A stretch of 19,632 bases of DNA, from positions 224,112,820 through 224,132,451 of the forward strand of contig JANKJI020000002.1 of NCBI GenBank assembly GCA_024626585.2, read 5' to 3'. Made by a program: the position numbers and the translations under genes. The notes below the pieces were generated by a model that saw only the letters and a program-made list of their open reading frames with translations, was not told the origin of the DNA and ran no database searches. Origin of the DNA: Ginkgo biloba. Lineage: Eukaryota; Plantae; Ginkgophyta. This document shows, one piece after another, positions 1-11,612 of the stretch; the stretch's first letter is position 1, and each line of letters opens with the position of its first letter.

Positions 1-968
1 CCCTTATTTTGACTTTTATTAAGGGATATTTAGTTTGGGGCCCATTTAAGGCCATAAGTGGGGTTTTTAAGCCTCATTATGTATTTATACAACAATATCT
101 CTTCTAATAACTTATCATAAGGAATTATCCTTAGGATAGGTTTGTAGATTTTGGTCGAGAAGAATTTATGAAATGTTAATATTTTTGGTGACTCTCAACT
201 GATCATTAATTTGGTGCAGAATAGATGGGTCTATAATAATCCAAGCTTGGAGCCTATTATTAAGAAGATAAAAAATATTATGGATCCATTTAAGGCTTGG
301 TATATTATCTATCTGAAGAGGAAATTTAATGCCTAGGCAGACAATATAGAAAAATAGGGATCGAGGGCCGTGAAAGAAAACTACTATCAAATTAGCTTGC
401 CTTTCCATATAATTAATTGGAGCCTTTTGATGAATTATCTAGAGGGGTCCCTTAGAGAGGAAAATGACCCAAAACCCATTAAAATACTAATCAATTAGGA
501 TTTAAGATCCATTTAGATTGAGTTTTTCAAATCTGTCTTTATTCATAAATATTAGTTGAAGGGAGTGAACCTTAAGGGGAAATGGAAAAAGGCAGGAGAA
601 GAAGACATCTGATTCATTGATGGAAAATAAAATTTTGGAGAAGAGTGTATAGTTCTTATAAATCTAATGGGATATGGTCAAAGTACCAATTAGATCATGC
701 ACTCAAATCTTCATTTTTCATATTCAAGGGTGACACCTCAAGGTGGAGGATATTCTAGGTCCTCTAATTTTTGGGTCCTCTAGGCTTCAGGTGTCTAGAA
801 GTGGATACCTCCTAGATTGGAAAATAAAATCTCTTATTTAATGTATTAGTTATTTTTCTGGTTTGGAATTTGGTCCTAGTTTCTTTTTCTAGATGTCTTA
901 TATCACCCTTGTAAATGATTTATTTTATTAATATTACTAAATCATCTTTTTACCCCATAAAAAAAAAA
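1..968 (+). mobile_element. 3' end of a degenerate non-LTR retrotransposon (plant L1-type LINE with RNase H), with 3' UTR and oligo(A) tail
   Basis: Frame +1 from 100 reads SSNNLS*GIILRIGL*ILVEKNL*NVNIFGDSQLIINLVQNRW...FKAWYIIYLKRKFNA*ADNI, matching the RNase HI pattern (NNxAE...GDSQLII...HxxRExNxxAD). No integrase follows. An AT-rich tail ends in A10 at 959-968, exactly where the gypsy integrase frame stops. Confidence 0.65.
100..357 (+). pseudogene. RNase H (RNase HI/RVT_3-like) domain relic
   Basis: GDSQ at 187-198. The catalytic E codon is now TAA (118-120). There are several in-frame stops. Confidence 0.8.
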
Positions 969-2559
969 TATTTTGTTGAATAAAGATATTTCACCTATTT
1001 GTTCTATCTATCTATAATATATATTCAAAGGAATCCTTATTTGAATTTTTTTATAATCTCTATTATCCATTGGTATGTGGATGGTATGCTACACTCATTG
1101 TTGAATTTGTTCTTAACTAGGTAAAATAATTCTTACCAAAAAAATATTTATAAATTTTGAATCAGAATTACATAATATTCTCTTAGTAAATTCATGGAGA
1201 TGATGTACCTATTTCCTAAACACTTCAATTAATTATAGTTCTTTATATATTGTACTTAAAGGTTTGAAATGTGCATATTTAGTCAAGTAGTCCACTACTA
1301 TAAACATTGCTTCTTTTCTTTTAGAATTTGGTATTCTAGTTATGAATTCCATCAATATTTATTCCCATTTTTTAGGAAGAATATTTAGTGAGTGCAATTT
1401 TCTTGGTAATGGGATTTTTTTTAATTTTTACCTTTGATAGGTGTAAGATTCATCCATATGTCATGTAATGTAATCTTCAATGTCAATATAATATAACACT
1501 CTATTTACATTATGGTATGTAATTTTTATTCCTACATCTCCTAAATTTAGGATAGAGTGTCCTTCCTCCAAATCCTTCTTAATGGATAATTATCCCTTAT
1601 TAAGATGAATACTTCATTTGAAGATAATTATTCCATTATTTACCTTCAATATTTCATCATTTTTATTTTTCATTATTTACTAAATTAATTATATCATGTT
1701 AGGGTCTTTTTAATACTCTTATTGTAGTTTGGCTATCCAATTTGGCTCAACAATAATCATGGCATTAATGATTTCTTCCTCAAACCTCTTAAAGAGTGTT
1801 TTAGCTACCATATTTTATTTTTTATTTTTTTAGTTATTGACAAAATAAAATTCTTACATTTTTTTCATCCACTCCCTCTACTCATCGATGAGTGATTTCT
1901 TCTATAATAGATACCTTAGACAACCATGGTCATTCTTTACTTTAAACATTCTTCCTAGTAAGTATTATATCCATTTTTTAAGGGAATGCATGATTACTAT
2001 AATTTATTTATTGTATAATAATATGTGTTTATCTATTTAATTTAAATTATGGATTTCAAAGTATATTATCCTTGCATCCTATATTAGAGTGACCTCAAGC
2101 CTTATTTTAGAGGCATCATGATCTAGTGTGAATGGATTTAAGAAATTTGGTGAGGTTAAGATAGGAGTTATTTTTAATGCATTATTTAGATCCTAAAAAA
2201 CTTTATATACTACTTCATTCCACTTTAAGTCTTATTTATTTTTAATTTTTATTTATAAGAGTCAAAATGGCTACATATTGTTTCATAAACATTTAATAAA
2301 ACCCTGTCATTTTTAGAAATCCTCTTAATTTGGTCACTATTTTAGGTTTGGATAATCATAGAGTTCTTACATATTTGTTGAATCCAACTTCATGTATTAT
2401 GGTGTGGACTAAGAACTTTACTGCTCTCTCTCCTAATTCACATTTGGATTCTTTGGCATAAATTTTATATCATTCTAAAATTACTAGTTCCTTATAGTTT
2501 TTTAGTTTATTTGTTCCATGATTTCGTATATATAAGGATTCCATAAAAATATAATAGGA
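969..2559 (-). mobile_element. Degenerate Ty3/gypsy (chromovirus-like) pol fragment: RT C-terminus, RNase H, integrase core
   Basis: Minus-strand translation gives YFYGILIYTKSW (YxDD decayed, ~2515-2555), YAKESKCELG, PKIVTKLRGFLKMTGFY, TPILTSPNFLNPFTLDHDAS, YLLGRMFKVKNDHGCLRYLL, WE*ILMEFITRIPNSKRKEAMFIVVDYLTKYAHF (~1265-1368) and SVAYHPHTNG (~1066-1095). The RT-RH-INT order is gypsy-type. Confidence 0.92.
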
Positions 2560-2699
2560 NNNNNNNNNNNNNNNNNNNNNNNNNNNNNNNNNNNNNNNNN
2601 NNNNNNNNNNNNNNNNNNNNNNNNNNNNNNNNNNNNNNNNNNNNNNNNNNNNNNNNNNNGATTGAGCTATAAGATATGGGTACATGATCAATAGTGGAA

Positions 2700-2960
2700 T
2701 GAAATTGATAAGTGGAGGAAAAAAGTACAAGATTCATGGAAAAAATTGAGAAGAATATAGTGGCATGAAATGATAATTTGTTAACATTAGTAGATTAAAA
2801 TTTTATTGAACTAATTATAGTTTTATGATGATCTCTAATGATACTCAAAGGTATTATAGTTAGAGTTGATTTTGAAGTGGTTAACACTCAAGATGATAAC
2901 AATGTATATTAAGCTCTCAAAGACATATGATAAGTTTAGGAATGGACCATTAAGTTTAGA
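2700..2960 (+). pseudogene. Aspartic protease relic (C-terminal half) of the gypsy element
   Basis: DSWKKLRR..LLTLVD*NFIELIIVL..GIIVRVDFEVVNTQDDNNVY*AL resembles the retropepsin pattern 'LRLADQ..P.G......I.G....DFEV.......Y.ALLG'. The catalytic DxG was not identified. Confidence 0.65.
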
Positions 2961-3367
2961 TAAGGAGATAATTAAGTTCAAAGATAATAGAAAAATATAT
3001 TATTCGACTAAGACCGAAGGTGGGTGATCCATATAAAGAACCTATAGATGGCAATTGGGAAGATCAATAAGTTGTCAAACACATCTATCATATTACTACT
3101 ACTAATGAAGAGTATATGAATCCTATTGATAATTGAGAATTGAGTTTCAATAAATATTCTTCCACTAATGTTAACTTGGATAAGTATTTGTATGCCTAGG
3201 AGAAAGAAAGGTATAATTTCCATCCTAAAAATCATTATAGTATTAAGGTTATAAATAAGTCAACCCTTAGTTGATATATCATTGTAAAAAATGTTGGTAA
3301 AGAATAACATGTTGAACTAACACTAGCTATTAAAATGGTTAGATGTATCCAAACAAGACCTCAACAT

Positions 3368-3800
3368 ATGCCAAAATATTATGGATATTATGATACATAA
3401 TACCATATTAACTAAGTATCTACGATGCTAAAAATTGATACAAGGTTATAGTAATTCCAAGATTCTTTACAAGAAATTATTATTTGTTAGTGGGGATCAT
3501 ATTGATAAACAATTTATAATTCAAAAAACATTATATCTATATTTATGAAATGATTCAATCATACTTTAGAGAAGTTTCTTGGAGTTACCAAATAAGACCA
3601 AGGAGTTAGTGATCTTTAATAGCACAACAATAAATGCAAAGTAAAATGGAAAGAAGTTAGTCAAGTTGAAGAAGATAAATGGCCACATAGTTTTATTCAT
3701 ACCTTAGGGGATATTCCTATATTTTGATATCTTCATCAAAAGATTCTTGAGAAATGAATAAATAACCAAATTTAATAGATATATTTGTGAAATTTTATAG
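3368..3800 (+). pseudogene. Two tandem Gag capsid-like (Retrotrans_gag-type) modules downstream of the protease
   Basis: One frame reads MPKYYGYYDT*YHIN...L......*WGSY**TIYNS....FMK*F, then K*DQGVSDL**HNNKCKVKW......WPHSFIHTLGDIPIF*YL (W at 3680). Both fit 'P.Y/F.G..D...H.....L....WW/WY'. Confidence 0.55.
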
Positions 3801-4080
3801 CATTTAGGATTATGGATCAAACATTCATTATGTACTCTAGAACATGGAAAAGTTTTTATTTGAGGATGAATATATAGAAAATCAAATGAGTAACTAAGAT
3901 GGAGGGAGAAGAACATATTTTGGTAACTATTATAAAGTCAATAAACAACCTAAATATCATAGTGAACCAACATATAAGCTACCTAAATAGTTCACATAAA
4001 TCAACGAGGAGGATTGATAGGTTTATGATAATACCATTAACAAAACCAATCATTATTATAATTAGTTAATAGAAATAAGG

Positions 4081-4900
4081 AAGGTAAATATCATATCGGT
4101 AATACACCCTAAAGTGGTAACAATTGAAATCACAAAATTGATGAGTAGACCAATAAACTTATGGATTTTCTATGGGAGTATTAAGATGTATTTCCTAAAT
4201 ATTTCAAGGATATGAAAGGTATTATTGAATCAATTAGTGACATGAAATTAGATCTAGTACCTGATTCAAAACTAATGAAGCAAAGACAATATCAAATGCC
4301 CTGATAAACTAGAGAATTTTAACTCTAAAGGATTAATTTATTTGGTCAATAAGTAAGAGTTGATTATCCCAATTATGATATAGAATAAGAAAAATGGCGA
4401 CTTGTGATCATGCATTGACCATATGAGCTTGAATAAAGCTACCATAAATAACCCATTTCCCATTCATTTCACTAAATAAATTTTAAAAAATGTAGTAAGG
4501 AATGATGCTTACTCTTTCATAAATATTTTTTATGATATTATAAAGTAAGGATTATAGAATAAGATCAAATTGAAACCACATTTGAAACTAAATGGGGATC
4601 CTAAGACTATTAGATTTATGCCCTTTGGGATGAGGAATGATTTAGTAGTATTCTTAAGAACTATCATTTTGTTTAAAAAAATTAATCANNNNNNNNNNNN
4701 NNNNNNNNNNNNNNNNNNNNNNNNNNNNNNNNNNNNNNNNNNNNNNNNNNNNNNNNNNNNNNNNNNNNNNGGATAAACATTGACAATTATAGATTTCCTT
4801 AAATTTGAATAAATTCATATTTTGTACATATGTGATTTTTTAAGAAGAACTTATGGTATACCTACCTAAGCTTACAACCATTGTTAATTTACAATATACT
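4081..4900 (+). pseudogene. Reverse transcriptase relic
   Basis: RT motifs as listed for the parent element, plus ISLNLNKFIF after the gap. Confidence 0.88.
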
Positions 4901-4992
4901 ATATTTAGATAGATAATTAATAATAATTTCTTGAATTATTAAGGAAGAATATGGTTGAAGAATTGATACTAAGGTATATATATTAGTGTAAA

Positions 4993-5320
4993 ATTTTTCA
5001 TGTGCATATTGACAAATCATACTTAACTATNNNNNNNNNNNNNNNNNNNNNNNNNNNNNNNNNNNNNNNNNNNNNNNNNNNNNNNNNAAAGTTAATAATG
5101 TAGAGAAGAACTATTTTACGATAGAGGGTAGAGGGTTAGGCATGGTATATGATTTATTGAAGCTTAAACACTACTTGCTATCTATATTGTTTCACTTTTA
5201 CATACATCATAAAGCATTGAAGTATTTGATAAAAAAACTAATACTTCATGGGATGATAATTTGATGGTGCTAATATTTTAATAATTTGATTTTAAAGTAT
5301 TTGTTAATCCAAGAAAATCA
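4993..5320 (+). pseudogene. RNase H relic (Ty3 type)
   Basis: FHVHIDKS...EKNYFTIEGRGLGMVY..KHYLL..FTFYIHHKALKYLI...FDFKVFVNPRK. Confidence 0.88.
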
Positions 5321-5537
5321 TCTTTTCAACTTGAAAGAAGCTCCTATTGTTTTGAATGAAAAAATTTCTAATGTACATTTTTTTTATATTAAACTTAATC
5401 CCATCAAGTGAGAAGATATTATGAAGTTTATAATAGTAAATTATGCACTAGAAGTATATGTAGTGAAGTAGCACAAAATGTAAGTGGTACAAGTTTCCCT
5501 CTACCAACTAATTGATTAACACCATTATTAATTTCTA

Positions 5538-6655
5538 GGACTAGACTTAGTATTAAGAAGATGCTTTGTTAAGCATGAAGTTATTTAGATTCTCTAAGAA
5601 GAATAGAAAGGCATTGTAGAAAATTATAGTCAAGGTAATTCTATTAATTAAAAAGTATTACAAGAAATTATTTAATGGACTACATTATTTTGAGATGCAA
5701 TTAATTTTGGTCAAAGGTGTAATGTGTGCGAGTGAGAAACAAATCAAAATCAAAGAGATAAAATACCAGTCTAATTGATTTTGGTTCAAGAATATTTTTA
5801 GAATTAGGAAACTGAAATTTCTAATCTAATCGATCCAATAGGCACCAAGTGTAAGGTACTTGAGATATTATCACTACAACAAGCTATATGACTAGATAGG
5901 CAGATCCCAAATATACAATTCACTAGGATAATAAATAATAATAAATTTTATTTTTTATAATATTATTACTCTATTTGGACATGCAAAGTCTCTTATGATT
6001 GATCAAAGGAAGCATTTTTTATATATGAAATTATTAATATTTTGATAAGAGAATTCATAATTCAACAAATAAGAGCAGTCTATGCCATCCATAAGAAAAT
6101 AGAATAATTGAATCATTTAAGAAAAATTTAGAGTAAGCATTTTAATTTAAATAAATTTAATTGGGCTGACTGCAGATGTGTTATTATGTATGCCTAAACA
6201 ATAACATATGAATGATTAATAAAGCATATTCGATTTGAGTTGGTGTATGGGTTGGAAGCAATTATACTAATGGAATTTATAGTTCCTAGATTATTACTTG
6301 TTACTTATCTTTGATGGGAAGATTATAAGTCTTTATAAGATAGAATAGTTTCAATTAGAAATGTTTCAACAATTAGTAAATTAGAGCTAAGAATTAGAGA
6401 AGTGTCGATAAAAATATTGGTATGATAGATNNNNNNNNNNNNNNNNNNNNNNNNNNNNNATAATTTTTCCAAGGATATTATATTTTTCTTTATGATAATA
6501 AGTATAAGAAAAATATAAGGGGGTTAAATACCATATGGTTAATACCATATGCTATCCATTAATTATTTGATAATGGAATAGTTAAGATACACATATTAGA
6601 TGGAAGATTGATGGAGGATGTAGTGAATGGATGCTAGATTACATAATATTTTTCT
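5538..6655 (+). pseudogene. Integrase relic (HHCC, core, GPY/F)
   Basis: LRRCFVKHE..KVLQ..WTTLF*DA..CNVC; IITLFG..MIDQRKHF; CHP*EN..ESF; ELVYGLEA; WLIPY; VVNG. Confidence 0.88.
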
Positions 6656-7301
6656 GAAGACCAGATTAACTCAATTATGAATACAAAAATAAATTTAGAC
6701 ATAATNNNNNNNNNNNNNNNNNNNNNNNNNNNNNNNNNNNNNNNNNNNNNNNNNNNNNNNNNNNNNNNNNNNNNNNNTTATTACTCTTTAATGAATATTA
6801 GTGGCACTAAAATAAGAGGGAAATATCAACTAGATGGTCTTTATTAGAGCATGGGGATCTAATACTATAAAAAATCAGACTTGGTAAAATAGTAAATAAA
6901 AATTGAGTATAATTAATTACATGTTAAAAATCATTATCGAAGGATCTTAATGCTAATCATAGGGATACCTAAAATTGACAATTAAATAAATAGTTAGAAG
7001 TTAAGATAAANNNNNNNNNNNNNNNNNNNNNNNNNNNNNNNATAAATATTGATAGTAATATGTTAACATTGACATGGAAGCATCAACATCAACAATTATG
7101 TAACGAAATTGATAATGAAGTATTAACATAAAAAAAATGAAGTATAAACAACATTAATGAAGTATGAATATAAAAATTAAAGTGTCAACACTGATAGATG
7201 AGGATTAAGAAGGAAATATCAACAAAAAGTTAAAAAAAAATGAATGATGAAATTGATGCATCATGTAGTTCCATTGGACGAGCATTGATAATAAAAAAAA
7301 T

Positions 7302-7420
7302 AGATGTGATCCAATTTGGTATAAATTCAAAATGGAGGTTGAAGGTAAAGGTTGTTTAAGAGATACAAATATGAGATGTAGTGTGTGCAAACATTTTCTT
7401 TTAATTCTATATATAGTATA
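7302..7420 (+). pseudogene. Possible BED zinc-finger relic (N-terminus of a hAT-like transposase)
   Basis: RCDPIWYKFKMEVEGKGCLRDTNMRCSVCKHF has W..F followed by CxxC (7377-7388). The His ligands are not recognisable, and a long N gap follows. Confidence 0.33.
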
Positions 7421-8139
7421 TTTAGTTCTTTTTGAAGAATAATGAGATAAGTAAGATAACTCCTATACACATGATTCANNNNNNNNNNNNNNNNNNNNNN
7501 NNNNNNNNNNNNNNNNNNNNNNNNNNNNNNNNNNNNNNNNNNNNNNNNNNNNNNNNNNNNNNNNNNNNNNNNNNNNNNNNNNNNNNNNNNNNNNNNNNNN
7601 NNNNNNNNNNNNNNNNNNNNNNNNNNNNNNNNNNNNNNNNNNNNNNNNNNNNNNNNNNNNNNNNNNNNNNNNNNNNNNNNNNNNNNNNNNNNNNNNNNNN
7701 NNNNNNNNNNNNNNNNNNNNNNNNNNNNNNNNNNNNNNNNNNNNNNNNNNNNNNNNNNNNNNNNNNNNNNNNNNNNNNNNNNNNNNNNNNNNNNNNNNNN
7801 NNNNNNNNNNNNNNNNNNNNNNNNNNNNNNNNNNNNNNNNNNNNNNNNNNNNNNNNNNNNNNNNNNNNNNNNNNNNNNNNNNNNNNNNNNNNNNNNNNNN
7901 NNNNNNNNNNNNNNNNNNNNNNNNNNNNNNNNNNNNNNNNNNNNNNNNNNNNNNNNNNNNNNNNNNNNNNNNNNNNNNNNNNNNNNNNNNNNNNNNNNNN
8001 NNNNNNNNNNNNNNNNNNNNNNNNNNNNNNNNNNNNNNNNNNNNNNAAAAAAATAATGTCTAACAATAAAAAAAGTTGTCTATAGTTATTAAACTCAACT
8101 ACATAAACTAGATCAAATCAGAATTCATTAGTAATATTC

Positions 8140-8620
8140 AATATTTCATTGAAAAGGGGTTATTTTCAAGTTGGGATTTTTCGTATTACATTGACCATGG
8201 ATACTCATAATCTCCTCCATAATTCATTTAGTCTTGATTTACTAGATAGGATTGGTACTTTCAATTCTACAATAAGTGAAACAAGAAAATAGATTCCAAA
8301 ATGGATAATTAGTCACTTGATGGTTCATTCTAATCATTGTAGGAAAAATGTAAGAGGAGAGAATGGATTCCCCAAGAAGTAATTGACACATATGGGAGTT
8401 TAGAATAATTTTATTCATTGCATATTTTATCAAATCTCTCAAATATACCCATAAGACTAAGCCATGTTTATTATTATTCAAAGTAAAAATGGACACTGTG
8501 ACTAAAGAAATCACAAAGAAATTAGGGTTCATAAAGACATCAAATTATAATATTCATATTAATAAAGAGTGTGAGTTATGTAGATAATAAAATAAATTAA
8601 CTACTAAATATATCATTGGT
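8140..8620 (+). pseudogene. Possible LINE ORF1 relic (DUF4283-like plus decayed zinc knuckle)
   Basis: LKRGYFQV...IPKWI resembles 'GYF.V.F...P.WI'. CELCR**NKLTTKY (~8570-8612) has CX2CX4(H)X4(C) spacing but has lost the last two ligands. Confidence 0.22.
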
Positions 8621-9886
8621 TAGTTCTACCGCACAAATGGAGTCTATCCATTATTTACAAATTCTATAATTAATAGAAATATAAATTGATGTACTACAAT
8701 ATTAAGATTAAATAATCATTCAAGATGTCTAAGATAAAGGATAAGCCTTCAAAGAGACTTAATTAAAGGCACAAGAAGATATCAAGGTCAAAGAAGTTCA
8801 TCTCCTTAGCCTAGAGTTATAATAAAAAATATCAACTTAACCATGGGTTACATGTTAATTACAAGGGTCAAGGCNNNNNNNNNNNNNTAACTAAAATTTC
8901 CCTTGCACAACCAATTTTATATGCAAGAATACAATATCAAACAAACAATTCTCCAATTGTGGAAAAAGGTGGTTCTTAGATTATAACTCTATTTTTATAA
9001 AAGGATCTAAAAATTTCTATCCTTACTGTAATGATTATGAACAAATTATAAAATAATTAAAATCAATACCAATTGGTAAACAACTTGGATAGATGAAATT
9101 CAACCCTTAGTCAACAATAGCTGGAAAAATTATATCTTAAGGAATGACTTTGTTGACCCCTTCTTTTGCATTTTTAGAATCCAAGAGGTTAAGAGATAAA
9201 ATATAAGGGATTGAGCACTTGAATGGGATGAATAAAAGTAGGCACTTAAATCCTCATATGATGAAGTGTGATTTTAAAATCCAAGGGGGTAATCATATCT
9301 CTCAAAACTTTGTATTCTCTATATTCTAGAAAAAGTTTGTTTGGTCACTTTGTATGGTTTGTATGACTTGTTATCTATTAGATTTTTTATATGCCATATT
9401 TCTGTATGGATATTAGTGTGATATCACATTAGTGCATGCTCTTAGGGAATGTTATTCCATGGTACTATAGAAATATGATGCACTTCCATAGTGCACTCTA
9501 TAACTTTCTAGCGAACATAATTCTTGATCCAATCACTATACGTCTCATGTATAAATCTTGATGTTGATATGTACTTTCCCTATGAAGTTGTCCAATCACC
9601 CTACAAAGAAATCTTATGTTATTATATGCATTCAAGATGATTTGTACTCTAGGATCTATCATCATCAATCAAGAATCCAAGGTAAATAATCATTCACATA
9701 AGATTTGGACAATAAACCAAACTCTCTCTATTCCCCTTAGAAATTTACAAAGAATTAGAGGAAGCTTAAAGTATGCATGAGGAGAANNNNNNNNNNNNNN
9801 NNNNNNNNNNNNNNNNNNNNNNNNNNNNNNNNNNNNNNNNNNNNNNNNNNNNNNNNNNNNNNNNNNNNNNNNNNNNNNNNNNNNNN

Positions 9887-10456
9887 AGTTTTACAAAGAG
9901 CCTCACAACTTTACAATTTTGTAGCTCAAAACTTATGCATATAAACTTCATGGTGCGAAACCACTAGAGAGGAACTTTTCACTCAAGAGTTGCCTCTCTC
10001 AGCATTCGCTTAACGAATCCTTATCCTAAGGCTATCTTGGCAGAATTCCCTTAGCCTTAGCCTCACCCTGCTCCTTTGGTCAATTTTCTTCTCATCACTC
10101 GCTGAGAATTCTCCTCAAAATTATCTCTGCTTGACTGTTCTCCAATTCACTCCTCAATCTGGTAGCAGTTTGTTGCCCCTTTCTGAATCTCTCTCTAAAT
10201 GAACTCTAGTAGGCTTTACTTATATGCATAGATCCAATAGATCCCTTATTCCCATGCTTCCATAGATCTCGCAACTGCAACGACACTGTTAGGTGAGCAT
10301 TTACTCTGCAACAACTCTGTCATTAATGACTATAACGTTCATAGAAGTTCCTCTCCAACGACATCTTCCAAAGGTGTATCTTTGTGTTTTTTTTTTTGGT
10401 TCACCGACGCAAGTCTATCCTCGCCTTCATTAGTCTTGTCTGATGTTGACGCAACA
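9887..10456 (-). mobile_element. Partial LTR A (CRM-like family), truncated by the gap on the left and by LTR B on the right
   Basis: Aligns by eye with 10819-~11365 (for example gagcctcacaact, cactcaagagt, ttggcagaattccct, ggtgagcatttactct, ggttcaccgacgca). A decayed minus-strand TATA lies at ~10218-10227. Confidence 0.8.
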
Positions 10457-11150
10457 TGGGATGAGGGTAGGACCCAATCCGCCACCTTCCACCATGGTTG
10501 CAGGATCTTTTAACTGACGTCAACCGCCACCCACCAATCTTGGTCGACTGTCTTGTTGAAAACTCACTATCAAGCGAAGCCCACCCACAAGTACATTCTC
10601 AGCCCGAACTGACACTTAGCTCGTAGGATGGAATTGGATAGAGATACAGTCATGCAACACAAGGAAAATATTCACACATAGGTTTTGAACTAGAGAAATC
10701 CTCTCGGGGAATAAAATTCCAGGTTTATTATGTCTAAATACAACGCTGGCCCATCGCCCTTACATGCACAACCAACTGGCTTTAATAATATGGCCCACAA
10801 CCTATAAGAATACCCACCAGCTTTATAAAAGAGCCTCACAACTTTTTAATTAACAATTCAAAACTCATGCATGTAAACTTAACATTGCAACATCACCGAA
10901 TTGGAACTTATCACTCAAGAGTTTCCTCTCTCGACGTTCTGCTCGGTGAATCCTTATCCCATGACTCTTTTGGCAGAATTCCCTTTGCCTTAGCCTTACT
11001 CTGCTCTTCTAGAAACTATCTTCTCATCACTTTGCTGTGAATTCTCCCCTACGTTATCTTTGCTTGGTTGAACTCTAATTCGCTCTTCAATTTGGTAGCA
11101 CTTCATTGCTCTCTTTGGAATCTCTCCCTAAATGACTTCTTGCAGGCTTT

Positions 11151-11158
11151 ATTTATAG
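11151..11158 (-). promoter_or_regulatory. LTR TATA box
   Basis: CTATAAAT on the minus strand, followed ~15 nt later by TCATT and a purine-rich stretch. The same layout occurs at 14679-14686. Confidence 0.65.
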
Positions 11159-11339
11159 GCATAGATCTAACTGATTCCTTGTTCTCACGCTTCAACAACT
11201 CTTGTGGCCTCAGGTGAGCATTTACTCTATAATAGCTTCGTCATTAATGAATGCAACATTCACAGAAGTGCCTCTCCTCTGACATCTTTCAAATGTGCAT
11301 CTTTGTGTCTTAGGTTCACCGACGCAGGTTGGTCTTGGC

Positions 11340-11565
11340 CTTTGTCAGTCTTTCTTGATATCGGCCTAGATCTGCCTTGTTGTCTTAATGTCAGTTTACT
11401 ATCATCCGATGAGGTCTATTGATCTTCCTCTTACGCATGTCAATTTGTTTCTCTGCCAACGTCGTCGGTCTTCTTCCATCCAACGCTCATCAATTTTCTC
11501 CGTCGACGACATCGATTCACACTTCACTGACAGATGTCAAATTCTTTCCTCACTAATGAAGTCGG

Positions 11566-11612
<47 letters not shown>

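Larger units (their letters stand above)
2660..6655 (+). mobile_element. Highly degenerate Ty3/gypsy internal region: PR, extra capsid-like modules, RT, RNase H, integrase
   Basis: Motifs are collinear: GIIVRVDFEVV (PR C-half, VDFEV at 2865-2879); KVNI..PK (4081); EY*DVFPKYFKDMKGI; KKNGDL*SCID..LNKA..NPFPIHFT; TTFETKWG; FMPFGMRN (~4615-4640); FHVHID (~4995); EKNYFTIEGRGLGMVY..KHYLL; CNVC (~5717-5730); IITLFG..LMIDQRKHF; FELVYGLEAIILMEFIVP; WLIPY; VVNG (~6620). Stops and frameshifts are frequent, and YxDD falls in the 4689-4770 gap. Confidence 0.92.

Noticed and set aside
7432-8085. Long ORFs in the track (217 aa, 196 aa) and other X-rich ORFs
   Set aside because: They are open only because they cross N runs.
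9010-9170. Possible LINE endonuclease motifs (CNDY, ILRNDF)
   Set aside because: The matches to NVY and GDFN are too weak and are not clearly in one frame.
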